Positions 1 to 9,835 of a stretch of 62,856 nucleotides of DNA are shown here, piece by piece. The position numbers were made by a program, and so were the translations under genes. The DNA lies in assembly GCA_964356225.1 (NCBI GenBank), contig CAYHGA010000004.1, positions 1 to 62,856 of the forward strand, written 5' to 3'. The stretch is from an uncultured Gammaproteobacteria bacterium. Its GTDB lineage: Bacteria > Patescibacteriota > Microgenomatia > CAZETR01 > Amesbacteraceae. Within the stretch, counting starts at the first letter, position 1; each line of letters opens with the position of its first letter. Under the pieces are notes generated by a model. The model did no database searches, was not told the DNA's origin, and saw nothing but the letters and a program-made list of their open reading frames with translations.

Positions 1-16
1 CTAGCATAAATTATAT

Positions 17-511
17 ATGAGGAAAATGTGGGCGGCCCTGGCGGTTTGTTTGTTGATATTGGCCCCGGTAGTCAGCGCGGAGTGGATTGAAGATGAAAAT
101 GGCGATGACGATGTTAAATTGGCCACCGGAGAAGGAAAGATGGTGGAAATCCGGCACGGGGAGACCAGGGCCCAGACGGAGCTGCCGATTTCCGTAAATG
201 TGGCGACCAGAGCGCTGACGGTGACTACGCCGGCCGGGATAAAAACAGTGTCGGTGTTGCCGGATGCGGCAGTAACAAACATGAAGGCGGGAAAGTTCGC
301 CGGAAGTGTGGCCAGCGGATCAGGTAGTGTGCAGATTAAGATGGAGGGCGACCGTTTGATATACGAAATTGAGACTGAAAGCCGGCAAAAATTCCTGGGG
401 CTGTTGCCAGTGAAAATTACTGGAAAGGTGAAGGTTTCAGCTGAAAACGGGGCCACCTTGGGACAGACAGAAGATTTTTTCAATAGATTATTAGATTTAT
501 TATCATTGTAA
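17..511 (+). CDS. Secreted hypothetical protein
   Basis: 164-aa ORF with N-terminal signal peptide (MRKMWAALAVCLLILAPVVSA); no family recognised. Confidence 0.7.
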   Translation: MRKMWAALAVCLLILAPVVSAEWIEDENGDDDVKLATGEGKMVEIRHGETRAQTELPISVNVATRALTVTTPAGIKTVSVLPDAAVTNMKAGKFAGSVASGSGSVQIKMEGDRLIYEIETESRQKFLGLLPVKITGKVKVSAENGATLGQTEDFFNRLLDLLSL

Positions 512-515
512 AATT

Positions 516-1070
516 ATGCTCACGAAAAAAGATGAGGAGCCTAAGCCGATTTTGGAGCCGCAGGTGGAAGACGTGCCGGTAGTGATAGAACCGGTCAAGG
601 AGAATGTGCCTGAGAAAAAAGACAATGGTTGGGTGTGGATGTTGGTGGCGTTTGCATTGGGGGCGGTAGTGGGAACAGTGTCTGGCTACATGGTAGCCCA
701 AGTTCAAGAGTCAAAAGTCAAAACTCAAAACTTAACTACTGTGCAGACTAGTCCGGTGCCGTCTGCCAGCCCGGCAGCAGCCGAGGTTAAAAGAGCTGAT
801 TTGAAGGTCCAGGTGTTGAACGGAAGCGGGGTAGCGGGAGCGGCGGCTAAGGCCAAGACTTTTTTGGAGGGTTTGGGCTATCTGGATGTGGCGACAGGGA
901 ATGCGGATGGGGATTTTGCAGAGACGGAGGTGGACATAAAGGAGAGCATGAGCGCGGCTTCGGAAATGGTTAAGAAAGATCTTAAAGATGAATATACGTT
1001 GTCAGATACGGTTGGGGTGTTGGACAAGACTTCTGACTATGATGTGGTGATTACTCTGGGGAGCGAATAA
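516..1070 (+). CDS. Membrane-anchored LytR C-terminal (LytR_C) domain protein
   Basis: Single TM helix, then VQVLNGSGVAGAA...ATGNAD...DVVITLG, typical of LytR_C. Confidence 0.75.
   Translation: MLTKKDEEPKPILEPQVEDVPVVIEPVKENVPEKKDNGWVWMLVAFALGAVVGTVSGYMVAQVQESKVKTQNLTTVQTSPVPSASPAAAEVKRADLKVQVLNGSGVAGAAAKAKTFLEGLGYLDVATGNADGDFAETEVDIKESMSAASEMVKKDLKDEYTLSDTVGVLDKTSDYDVVITLGSE
704..731 (+). repeat. Heptamer tandem repeat (TCAAAAN x4) inside CDS
   Basis: tcaagag tcaaaag tcaaaac tcaaaac; encodes ESKVKTQNL. Confidence 0.8.
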
Positions 1071-1079
1071 AACAGTTTT

Positions 1080-2132
1080 TTAGGGAGCAAATTCCTGCCA
1101 GAGCAGGTTTTTTTCGTAGAGGCCGGCGGGCAGAGCGGAGGTGTACTCCGGGTGAAAGACAAACTTTTCCGCGGGGGTGGTGTCGCTGGCGAAAGTCCGG
1201 GCCAAAGTTACGCTGCCCAGACCGACAACGGTCCCGTCCACCTGTAAAGCCGTATTGCTGGCACCGGTGTTGAATATATTTTGGGCCAAATATATGCCTT
1301 GCAAGGCGCTGACCGTCCCGGCCAGGGTAATGTTGTTTTTGGCCAGGACCACCAGCAGTCCCCCGCCGGACAGGGAGATATTCCCTCCCACTTTTACGTT
1401 CCCGCTGTCGCCGTCTATCAGGAGCACGATCTTTTTGGATATTGTTTGGGCGGGAAGAGTGATGTCCACCGGACTGGAACTTATGAAGTAACAGGCCCCG
1501 TCGGCTTCCGGAGCGGTACAGGACCCGCTTAAATCACCCAGACCGTTTAAATCTTTGGGGACAATCCGGTTGGTGACCCTGATCTTGAACCTGGCGTAAG
1601 AGTTGTTCTGGACCACGGAGGGGGAAAGGGCGGAGTTAACCTGCCAGCCGTCCACCTGGGCGGAGGTAATGCCGGAAGAGTTGCCAGCATATATCATGGC
1701 GGCATCGGGAGAAGCCAAGAACTTCTGGCCGACGGGAACGCCGGGACCGGAGACCGAAATGTCTCCCGTGGCGGCCACCACGTCCCCGCCCACCACCTGG
1801 AACCAGGAAGAAGAAGGAGCCGTCAGGGTAAAGGAGCGGACGGGGGTTTCTGCACTGGTACCCCAGGCGTCATTGGTGGCGGCCACTTTCCAGTAATATG
1901 TGCTACCGGGGGTGCCGGTGGAATAAGTCGTGGAACGGATGTCTGGATTTATTATCGTACTCCATAGTGGGGGAGGGTTGGAACCCAGATACACTTTAAA
2001 TTGACGATTGGGGCTGGTGTAGCACCGGTTTCCCCAGTTGGTGAGCGACCAGCTTAATATTACCGGAGAGCCGACAGTGCTTCCATTGGCCGGGGAAGAA
2101 AGGGCCAGACCGGCAGGGAGGGAGTTGGCGCA
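1080..2132. repeat. Dispersed direct repeat, copy 1 (partner 60386..61438, offset 59306)
   Basis: Manual alignment: 1747..2132 matches 61053..61438 (one mismatch seen); about 1228..1427 matches 60534..60733; the intervening segment is diverged. Confidence 0.9.
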
Positions 2133-3104
2133 CGGAGTGGGGGAGGGAGCACACTGAATTACCGTAAAGTCATAGCCGCCTCCGCCAGCCTTCCAAAAAA
2201 GAAGTGGATATAGCGAGGTTTCACTACCCAGCCTTGCCAGAGTTACATAATTACCGGGAACGGTAGGAACAAAGTCCATGGGACCTATCTGCCAATTGTA
2301 GCAACCAGTACCAGCGGGAGTACCATGCCCCCATTCCCGAACAAGAGTACAATTTGTTTTGTTAAGTTGGTCGTCTATTACGCAACCAGGAAGATATACT
2401 CCTATAATAACCTGGCACGCTTTACTGGGATCATAATTAACAGTTCCTGTAATGCTTTGGGGGGATCTGCTACACAATGGGTTACGGTTGGTTAAGGTAA
2501 CCATGCCTCCGCCGGTACCTGTCCCACTGCCGACACAGGCAGTGCAACCACTATCACGGCAGGCCCATCCTGTAGATGTGCAGGTGGAATTAGGAATACA
2601 TTCCTTATTAGGATTATTCGCCTGGCAGCTGAAGGTGCAATTGAGACTGCCGCACCCGCCCCCGGAGGGAGGAGTGGGGGCGGGAGTGGGGGCGGGAGTG
2701 GCATCCGGTATTATCCAGCAGCCCAAATTCTGGCTGTCAAAAACGTCGCAGGAGCTTTTCCAATCAATTCCATCGGAACAACCTGACACCGGATCGACGG
2801 TTTGACACGAAGGGGCGCCGGTGCACGGAGCGTAGCGGTTATAGAGCACTTTACAAAATTGATTGGTTGTTATTGGGCAATCTCCATCGTTCAAGTCAAA
2901 ACATTTACCTTTATCCGGCGGACACTCATTCCAAAATGGTTTATCGCACATATTAAAGGTGGTGCTCTCACACCCCCACTGGTTAACGACGCGGGTAGGG
3001 GAGCATTCTTGAGCGGCCGCGGGCCGGGCTAAAAACAACCCCGCCAGTAAAACAACGGCCGCCAGCAACCAGACAAAAATAAGTTTTGAATTTTTTGATC
3101 TCAT
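1080..3104 (-). CDS. Large secreted Cys-rich surface protein, copy 1 (variable N-terminus, FN3-like domain, conserved C-terminal beta-rich domain)
   Basis: 674-aa ORF with signal peptide, Cys-rich region, Pro/Thr linkers and YYWKVAATN FN3-like strand; C-terminal half paralogous to 60386..62284. Confidence 0.85.
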   Translation of the reverse strand: MRSKNSKLIFVWLLAAVVLLAGLFLARPAAAQECSPTRVVNQWGCESTTFNMCDKPFWNECPPDKGKCFDLNDGDCPITTNQFCKVLYNRYAPCTGAPSCQTVDPVSGCSDGIDWKSSCDVFDSQNLGCWIIPDATPAPTPAPTPPSGGGCGSLNCTFSCQANNPNKECIPNSTCTSTGWACRDSGCTACVGSGTGTGGGMVTLTNRNPLCSRSPQSITGTVNYDPSKACQVIIGVYLPGCVIDDQLNKTNCTLVREWGHGTPAGTGCYNWQIGPMDFVPTVPGNYVTLARLGSETSLYPLLFWKAGGGGYDFTVIQCAPSPTPCANSLPAGLALSSPANGSTVGSPVILSWSLTNWGNRCYTSPNRQFKVYLGSNPPPLWSTIINPDIRSTTYSTGTPGSTYYWKVAATNDAWGTSAETPVRSFTLTAPSSSWFQVVGGDVVAATGDISVSGPGVPVGQKFLASPDAAMIYAGNSSGITSAQVDGWQVNSALSPSVVQNNSYARFKIRVTNRIVPKDLNGLGDLSGSCTAPEADGACYFISSSPVDITLPAQTISKKIVLLIDGDSGNVKVGGNISLSGGGLLVVLAKNNITLAGTVSALQGIYLAQNIFNTGASNTALQVDGTVVGLGSVTLARTFASDTTPAEKFVFHPEYTSALPAGLYEKNLLWQEFAP

Positions 3105-3754
3105 AGGGTAAGTTTCTTAGACAGACGTCGAAAATCTGTTAGCGACGGGACACGGTCAAACTGCTCGGAAAAGACGACCGCCCGTCCCAGCGTCAGATCA
3201 ACCGTCAACCCGAGGAAATTTTTTTCTTTGAGATGGGAAAGAAATACCGTTGATTGCGGGTCGTGTCGACGATAGAACTCCAGCCGGGAACGGCAGATCG
3301 GAATAGACTGGCAATTATCTTCGGGCCGCTGACTATACTGCTCCGTCAACGCCGCTTCCGACTTGATTTCTTCGGGCCGCAAGGCCAAAAACCGTCCCGG
3401 GACGACAAACTGGCGAAACACATGCATATTCTGCTTGACCCAGTGGAATACCGGTTGGCCCCGGTATTGGGCTTCCTCGCCGATGTCAACCAGCCCGGCA
3501 TTAGCCGGAGTCAGCACTTCGACAGCGGCAGCTCCGGTCAGACCGGAACCGCATAACCTCAACCGGGTCATAATCCAGCCGCCTTGCTCCCGGACGCGCT
3601 CCACCCGGCCAAACAGAATAACATTCCGGTCGGGACGATCAAAATTAATGTAGACGCAACTATTGTAAGCCGAGATAACGACGCTTAGGCCCGCCAGTCC
3701 GATAAGCAGGAGGGTGGACCCGGCAACGACCGCCGGAAAAAAAATTTGTCTCAC
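3101..3754 (-). CDS. Hypothetical membrane-anchored protein
   Basis: 217-aa ORF with N-terminal hydrophobic segment; its stop overlaps the start of the surface-protein gene. Confidence 0.55.
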   Translation of the reverse strand: MRQIFFPAVVAGSTLLLIGLAGLSVVISAYNSCVYINFDRPDRNVILFGRVERVREQGGWIMTRLRLCGSGLTGAAAVEVLTPANAGLVDIGEEAQYRGQPVFHWVKQNMHVFRQFVVPGRFLALRPEEIKSEAALTEQYSQRPEDNCQSIPICRSRLEFYRRHDPQSTVFLSHLKEKNFLGLTVDLTLGRAVVFSEQFDRVPSLTDFRRLSKKLTL

Positions 3755-3798
3755 GCTAACAATTTAGCATGTATCGAGTGAGAAATGCAAAGCACATC

Positions 3799-5577
3799 CT
3801 AATTGCCGCTGTCGGGGGCAAAAATCCACAACTTGGCAAAGCCGATCCTGACGCCGGATTCTACCGGTGAGTATCCTTGAAGTTGGTCGTCCAGCTCCTT
3901 GAGTTCAGGGCGGTCGAGGTTTCCGGAAATAATTGCCCGGGCCAATCCGCGGTGTTCGTCCCAGTATTTTTCTGTCAAAGTTGCTAGACGGTTTAAAGAA
4001 TCATAGCCGTATTTTAACAAATATACTGGGTCAGAAGCATGGAGATTACTACCGTCCCGTTCAGATTCTTTCCAAAATGACAGTTTCATTTCCACAAAGG
4101 CACTTGATTCCACGGCCTGGAGAATATCATCGTTCCGGTAAAACAATGAAGACGGGATAAAACTGCTGCGGTCATTTGATTGTCCGACAATTTGTACATT
4201 TTGGTGGACCCAGGGATTAGGATTGTTTGGAAACTCTGTGTCCGTAAAAAGGAGGGTTTCCAACGTTTTTTGCCCGTCTTTGTCGTAAGTAACGCTGGCC
4301 CAGGTCAACTCCACAAACCGCTTTTCAGCCGGATACCAGACTTTTTCGGTATAGACCCGCTTGATCCGGCCGGAAACAGTTAATCGGAATTCTTCTAGAG
4401 AATCCGCACTAAATGATGTTTCATACTTTTCAAACCCCAGGCTGTTCTCGATCCAGGAAATTTGCGGAAACTCCGGCCATGAATCGTGGACAAACAAAGT
4501 TTCGTAGCGCCTGGTCCACTGGCCGCCGGCGGCGTCATACCAAGCCATCTCTCCACCGCTTTGGTCAATAAAGGCAACTTTGAGAGGATACAACTTGACA
4601 GTTACTTTTCCTTCTCCCCCGGCAATCGGGATTCCGGCGCCGTCAATTACTTCCGGTCGCGGAATTTCAACCGCGTAGCTTTGACCTTCGACCGTAAAGT
4701 GGATCGTTCCGCCGCCCTGTGAGTCAGACTCAAACTCGGCATTTTGACTGTTAAGCGGCGGCAATGGTTGATTCATGTCCCACATTTCGGCGAAGGGGGA
4801 TGTTGGAGTGGCAGGCATTGAAGTAGCTGTGGCGGGGGGGGTGTCAATTTCGGCGGCTGCCGCAACTCCTCCCGGCTCCAATAACTTCCCTACCAACTCT
4901 TCAAAAGGGCCTTTGGCGGCCGGAAATTCAACTGTTCCGCCACCAGGGAAATGCCAGGTAGTTATCTTAGTAGCCGGATCATATGTAAACAGGATGCCTT
5001 TTTTGTCTGCCTTTCCATATTCTATATATATCATATCGGTCTTTCCGCTTTGATCCTGATGTTCTCGGGTAATCAAATCTTCATTTACCGTCTGTTGAAT
5101 ACCATCTCTTTCCCCGCGTACAACAACACTCTTAATAACATTATCTTTGGTACAAAAACCTGCAGTTTCTCCTCCGGCTTTACCACCTTCGACCATTATT
5201 GTGGCGGGGAAACAACCGGCCCCTTTGCCCGAGAGATTCTGCACTCCCGCCAACTGGCTTACTAAGACCGGATCCCCTTGAATCGTATCTCGGGTAAAAT
5301 AAGCAATCTGCGGTTGAGCAGCAACAGGAGCTTCTACGGGTCCATCCTGATTTTTAACAACCGTTCCACAGGCAGCAATGGCAATCAAAGCCGCCACCTC
5401 TGTCACAATAAGCCCTTTGTGATACAGTTTCCCAAAAGCCTCAAAAGGCTTTCCCCGAGAAATGCACTTCAAAATCTCTTGATCTGATGTCATAGCCCCA
5501 CTGGCCTTATCACCAAAAAGGAATCCGTAAAAACGCTCAATTCCGGGTCTAGAATTAGTATTTGGGATTGTTGCCAT
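3799..5577 (-). CDS. Large hypothetical exported/lipoprotein-like protein
   Basis: Long ORF; probable start ATG at 5577, downstream of the promoter in the 43-bp repeat; hydrophobic segment ending LIAIAAC; Pro/Thr linker. Confidence 0.7.
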   Translation of the reverse strand: MATIPNTNSRPGIERFYGFLFGDKASGAMTSDQEILKCISRGKPFEAFGKLYHKGLIVTEVAALIAIAACGTVVKNQDGPVEAPVAAQPQIAYFTRDTIQGDPVLVSQLAGVQNLSGKGAGCFPATIMVEGGKAGGETAGFCTKDNVIKSVVVRGERDGIQQTVNEDLITREHQDQSGKTDMIYIEYGKADKKGILFTYDPATKITTWHFPGGGTVEFPAAKGPFEELVGKLLEPGGVAAAAEIDTPPATATSMPATPTSPFAEMWDMNQPLPPLNSQNAEFESDSQGGGTIHFTVEGQSYAVEIPRPEVIDGAGIPIAGGEGKVTVKLYPLKVAFIDQSGGEMAWYDAAGGQWTRRYETLFVHDSWPEFPQISWIENSLGFEKYETSFSADSLEEFRLTVSGRIKRVYTEKVWYPAEKRFVELTWASVTYDKDGQKTLETLLFTDTEFPNNPNPWVHQNVQIVGQSNDRSSFIPSSLFYRNDDILQAVESSAFVEMKLSFWKESERDGSNLHASDPVYLLKYGYDSLNRLATLTEKYWDEHRGLARAIISGNLDRPELKELDDQLQGYSPVESGVRIGFAKLWIFAPDSGN

Positions 5578-5606
5578 AATGTTTTGTGATTGCCTACCAC
5601 CACCAT

Positions 5607-5649
5607 AGAGTATACCCTCCCCCGTCAACAATTGCAAACTATAGGATGG
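5607..5649 (-). repeat. 43-bp perfect direct repeat, copy 1, containing a sigma70 promoter on the minus strand
   Basis: agagtataccctcccccgtcaacaattgcaaactataggatgg is identical to 9836..9878; minus strand reads TTGCAA-N17-TATACT. Confidence 0.9.
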
Positions 5650-5663
5650 AGTATAATAAGAAT

Positions 5664-5770
5664 ATGGTTAGTGAAGAGGAGCTTTTTTGCCGAGTGAATA
5701 GAAACGATAAACTTATTGGATCTATACCCCGGTATTTAGTCCACTCTCACCCCAAATATATTTACAAGCG
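5664..5770 (+). pseudogene. N-terminal remnant of a Nudix/Idi-like hydrolase
   Basis: MVSEEELFCRVNRNDKLIGSIPRYLVHSHPKYI resembles the E-x-F-x-x-V-D-x-x-D-x-x-IG...H-x-x-P-x-x-IHR start of YfcD/Idi-like Nudix proteins; similarity is lost afterwards; end approximate. Confidence 0.5.
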
Positions 5771-5794
5771 GCTAGTTTGTTTCCTAAAATCCCA

Positions 5795-6352
5795 TTACCT
5801 CAGATGCTTTACTTGTACTTCGGACTTTAAAGTATCTTTGACGCCATACAACTTCTCTAGAATTATCCTAAACCAAGGTGTGTAAACTTCCGGATTTATT
5901 TTTACATCTTTTAGCAAGTTATCAACTTTCATCCACTTCCAATCGGCTGCTTCTTGTGGATCGGCTCTCACTTCACCGTCGTATTTCCCCTTAAATACCA
6001 CATCATATTCATGTTCGCCCCAAATTTGATTGTATTCAGCTTGATATATAAATTTGAATTTTTCTGTAAGCGGAGTTTTAAAACCCATTTCTCCTTCCAA
6101 CCTTCTTTTTGCACAAGTTATATATTCTTCATTTAGGAAAGGGTGGGTGCAACATGTATTTGACCAGTACAACGGCCAAGTGGGTTTATTTTTTGCCCTT
6201 TTTTGCAACATTATATTTTTACCCGAAGTGTCAAAAATCACTACCGAAACCGCCCTATGCAAAGGCACAGGATGTTTGTGGGTCGCAAACTTCTCTTTGT
6301 ATCCAACTACTTCGTCTTTTTCGTTTACCAGAGCCAATTTTATATTTTTCAT
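5795..6352 (-). CDS. idi: Isopentenyl-diphosphate delta-isomerase, type 1
   Basis: LHRAVSVVIFD, QKRA, WSNTCCTHP and EHEYDVVF motifs. Confidence 0.93.
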   Translation of the reverse strand: MKNIKLALVNEKDEVVGYKEKFATHKHPVPLHRAVSVVIFDTSGKNIMLQKRAKNKPTWPLYWSNTCCTHPFLNEEYITCAKRRLEGEMGFKTPLTEKFKFIYQAEYNQIWGEHEYDVVFKGKYDGEVRADPQEAADWKWMKVDNLLKDVKINPEVYTPWFRIILEKLYGVKDTLKSEVQVKHLR

Positions 6353-6524
6353 AACTCTTTAAGTATTAGTATTATAATACAACTATGTCTAAAATTAGAC
6401 CAGAACTTTTGGAACTCGATAGTCTTGTGGTCAACGAGATAGCACAACGAACAACGAGCACTAGTAGGTATTCGGAACAAGAACATCTCTGGTTGCAAAT
6501 AATGACAATCGATACGGATTCTTT

Positions 6525-7322
6525 TTAAGATCTTATTATTGTTCTATTTATTTTCAATCCTTTAATCTCCTTAACCAGAGAACCGTTTTTGATTCCACTC
6601 ATTATTACCACTTCGCACTTGGCTATTCTGGCAACTTTCATGGCCTCCTGAACCTTGTGCAACATTCCTCCAGTGACATCTGTAGCCGTTGATCCGCCTA
6701 TTTTACCCATTACTTTCTTATAAATCTTCGAATCAATCATCGGTATGGTAGATCCTTCGGGATCATACACACCCTCGGTATTTCCACAATATATTATATT
6801 CTCGATTTTAAATTGGGATTGAAGTTTCTTTGCTAGTTCGCTAATTACTTTTTCTGAAGAAAAAATTCCACATCCTTTTTCAATATCCATAACCACATCC
6901 CCATATACTACAGGTATCAAGCCTATTTTTAGAGCTTCCATCAGTGGTTGCTCAAGCACTTTTTTCGCCTCATTATTCTTGGCCAAAATAAAACTTTTAG
7001 GAGCAAAAGAAATCACAGGCAGTCTGACTTTTAAAAACTCTTCCATGACGATTCTGTTTATTCTGATTGCCGCATCGCTTACTTCACTTATTCCCCATAT
7101 ACTATCTTTATCTTTTATTCCCTCCTGGGTTTTATATTTAACAGCTACACTATGGCCAAATGATCCACTTCCGTGAGCTATTATCAATCCAACATTTCTG
7201 CCTTTAATAACTTGTTTAATTTCCAGTGCCAAACGCCGAATAACATCTTTTCTTGCCACAAAAGGTTTATACTTGTCAGTAATCAAACCTCCTCCTAATT
7301 TGATAAAAATAACCTTTTTCAT
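6525..7322 (-). CDS. Isopentenyl phosphate kinase (amino-acid kinase family)
   Basis: IKLGGGLITDK, HGSGSFGH, PVVYGDVV and DVTGGMLHKV motifs; probable ATG at 7322 overlaps the upstream stop (ATGA). Confidence 0.9.
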   Translation of the reverse strand: MKKVIFIKLGGGLITDKYKPFVARKDVIRRLALEIKQVIKGRNVGLIIAHGSGSFGHSVAVKYKTQEGIKDKDSIWGISEVSDAAIRINRIVMEEFLKVRLPVISFAPKSFILAKNNEAKKVLEQPLMEALKIGLIPVVYGDVVMDIEKGCGIFSSEKVISELAKKLQSQFKIENIIYCGNTEGVYDPEGSTIPMIDSKIYKKVMGKIGGSTATDVTGGMLHKVQEAMKVARIAKCEVVIMSGIKNGSLVKEIKGLKINRTIIRS

Positions 7323-7873
7323 TCTGTATCCACTGTGTGTAAACATGCTATTGATAACGGCCACAGATCGTCAGGATTATTCTCCTCCGAAACACTATAT
7401 TGACACTCGTTCCATACATTTCTTACTCCAGATCTTAAAGAATAACTTGTTAATCTAGCTGGAACTTCCCAACCTACAACTTTTACTTCTCCCAAGTCGG
7501 TCTCTGGAACAAATAAATCTGTTTGACCAATAAAATGAATAACTATCACCCTAGCCAGTACCCCTTCTACAAATATAGTCTCTCCTAGGTAACCATCTTT
7601 TTTACCAATGCTAAATAAAGTTGGCTGATAAATATAATCAACGCCTAATTCTTCCTTAATACCTCTTACAAGTGTTTCTCCCCAACCTTCTCCGTCTTCT
7701 GAAGTCTCACATAACACTGATATATCTCCACTATTTTTCCCAGTTTCTCTTTTAGTTTGCTTTTCTTGCAAGAGTAAAATTTGGCCATCAGGATTTTTAA
7801 TAAATGCGACAACTCCAATTTTCGCATACCTTTGCCGAACTTCAGAATCAGGGGTTAAAACTTTTTCAATCAT
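7319..7873 (-). CDS. Nudix-family hydrolase (degenerate Nudix box)
   Basis: GVVAFIKNPDGQILLLQEK...ETLVRGIKEELG. Confidence 0.7.
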   Translation of the reverse strand: MIEKVLTPDSEVRQRYAKIGVVAFIKNPDGQILLLQEKQTKRETGKNSGDISVLCETSEDGEGWGETLVRGIKEELGVDYIYQPTLFSIGKKDGYLGETIFVEGVLARVIVIHFIGQTDLFVPETDLGEVKVVGWEVPARLTSYSLRSGVRNVWNECQYSVSEENNPDDLWPLSIACLHTVDTE

Positions 7874-7877
7874 TTAG

Positions 7878-8672
7878 TTACTTCCCCATCCTTCTTTGAT
7901 AACTCAAGAAATCTTTTATGTTTTCTAACAATACCTCTGGCGTCAAATCTGGAAACAGTTCCGATGTAAATTTCCAACCTGAATATACAGTCTGCAGTGG
8001 CATAAAGCCGCTAGTTCTGGGAATCTCGTCTTCTGTCATGCCCGTTCTGATCACCAAATCTGGTGCAGGTTGACTGGTAGTATCCAAAAAACCCAATATT
8101 ACGCCAGGATTTGTGATGAGGTCAATCTTAGAAAGTTTGCCCACTTTCACCCACTCTAGAATTTTGGCAATACCGCGGGCCGCCTCGTCCAATCCTCCAT
8201 AATCTAAAGCTAAATTCACATACCACCTATCGAATCCTGACGTTCTCGATTCCAATTTATCTATAGACTCCTTTACTTTAAATGGAATTCTGTCTTTTCT
8301 GCCGATATGAGTGAATTTCACCTGATTTTCTACCAATTCCTGCATTGTTCTTTCGTCCTGTAAATATCTAGTTGCCAAATTCATTACAAAATCTACTTGC
8401 TCACTTTCTCTTTTCCAATTTTCCGTAGACCATGTCCAAAAAGTCAGATATTTAATTCCCCATTGCCTACCCGCTTCCATAATACCCTTAATAACTTCTA
8501 CGCCCACTCGATGTCCCATCCAAGGGTCTAATCTTCTCGATTTAGCTCCACGTCTATTGCCGTCACAAATTATTGCCAAATGACTAAAATCCTGCTGATC
8601 AACTCGAAAGTTCGGGATTACTTTCCAGGTGTTATCTACCTGCTTTAGCCATTCATGCACTTCAACTGCCAT
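7878..8672 (-). CDS. uppS: Cis-prenyltransferase / undecaprenyl diphosphate synthase
   Basis: HLAIICDGNRR, GHRVG, TFWTWSTENWKR, PDLVIRT and RTSGF motifs. Confidence 0.93.
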   Translation of the reverse strand: MAVEVHEWLKQVDNTWKVIPNFRVDQQDFSHLAIICDGNRRGAKSRRLDPWMGHRVGVEVIKGIMEAGRQWGIKYLTFWTWSTENWKRESEQVDFVMNLATRYLQDERTMQELVENQVKFTHIGRKDRIPFKVKESIDKLESRTSGFDRWYVNLALDYGGLDEAARGIAKILEWVKVGKLSKIDLITNPGVILGFLDTTSQPAPDLVIRTGMTEDEIPRTSGFMPLQTVYSGWKFTSELFPDLTPEVLLENIKDFLSYQRRMGK

Positions 8673-8674
8673 AC

Positions 8675-9778
8675 TTAATACTCCCTGGCTACTAGAAATT
8701 CTGATATACCCAGCAAAAATCTTCGTGCTTCATTATCAATCTTCACATCTTTCAATGCGGTAACCGCTTCCTCTGTTAATTTTTCTACTAACTGTTGACA
8801 ATAGTCCATCACTCCGGTATCTCGCATTAAATTTTGACACCATTTATAATCCTCCACCGTTAAATTTTGGTTTCCAAGGATAAATTTGAACCTTTCTAGG
8901 TCTTCTTTCCGATCGTCAGTCAATAATCTTTCAAAAGTTTTGGAAACTAATAAAGTCTTTTTTCCCTCTTTTAGATCAGAATCTATCGGTTTGCCTACTT
9001 TTTTTTCGCTCCCAAACATTCCTAAGATATCATCCTTAATTTGAAACGCTATACCTAATTTAATTCCATATTTAGACAAACCTTTTATCACCTCTTCAGA
9101 AGCTTCACCTAAAATTGCTCCTACCAGTAAAGGTTTTTCTACTGTATACCCCGCCGTTTTATATCTCATTACCTGCATAATCCATTCTTCACTCACTTCG
9201 GGCAACAAATTACCCAATACATCCAGGTGTTGACCATAGTTAATTTCTTCACACATTCTGTCAAAGCATTCTCTGGCTTCTTTATATCTACCTTCAAAAC
9301 TTGGGTACGCAGACATTGCTTCATCTGCCAACGCCAATATCATATCTCCCGCAACTATGGCCAAAGACCGACCCACTTCCTCTCCCCCCATTTCTTTCTC
9401 AAATATTTTATGTACAGTTGGATTACCCCGTCTTAAATCAGAATTGTCCATCACATCATCGTGCACCAAAGCGCCAGCGTGTACCAGCTCCATTGGTATC
9501 GCTGCCCGCAAAATAGTGTCTTCGTTTTCGGTTCCTCTAGCCGCTTTCCATCCAAAATACACAAAAGCAGGCCTGAGCCTTTTGCCACCCTCGATTACAA
9601 AATCCGAACAGACCTCCAACATCCTAGCCAGCTCTGGTCTAATTTTACCTGCCTCAGTAATCTTATTATCTAAAAAATTTCTTAAAACCAGGTCAAACCT
9701 TCCCTTAAAAGATGTTAACTGATCAACCGCCCACTCCGCATCTGTTTCTTTTATTCTGTCATCTTCCTCAATTGCCAT
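8675..9778 (-). CDS. Trans-polyprenyl diphosphate synthase (FPP/GGPP synthase family)
   Basis: GGKRLRP, HDDVMDNSDLRRG (first Asp-rich motif) and FQIKDDILG (second Asp-rich motif). Confidence 0.92.
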   Translation of the reverse strand: MAIEEDDRIKETDAEWAVDQLTSFKGRFDLVLRNFLDNKITEAGKIRPELARMLEVCSDFVIEGGKRLRPAFVYFGWKAARGTENEDTILRAAIPMELVHAGALVHDDVMDNSDLRRGNPTVHKIFEKEMGGEEVGRSLAIVAGDMILALADEAMSAYPSFEGRYKEARECFDRMCEEINYGQHLDVLGNLLPEVSEEWIMQVMRYKTAGYTVEKPLLVGAILGEASEEVIKGLSKYGIKLGIAFQIKDDILGMFGSEKKVGKPIDSDLKEGKKTLLVSKTFERLLTDDRKEDLERFKFILGNQNLTVEDYKWCQNLMRDTGVMDYCQQLVEKLTEEAVTALKDVKIDNEARRFLLGISEFLVAREY

Positions 9779-9835
9779 ATTTTTATAAAATTATTTACCA
9801 TATAACTTGGCAGGAATGTAAAAAAGGCCTACTTA

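Noticed and set aside
2670-2700. 12-bp G-rich tandem repeats (also near 61915-61945)
   Set aside because: They encode Pro/Thr/Ala linkers in the surface proteins; ordinary low-complexity coding sequence.
6353-6524. 172-bp gap between the IPK gene and idi as a hidden gene or RNA
   Set aside because: No convincing ORF, homology or stable structure seen.
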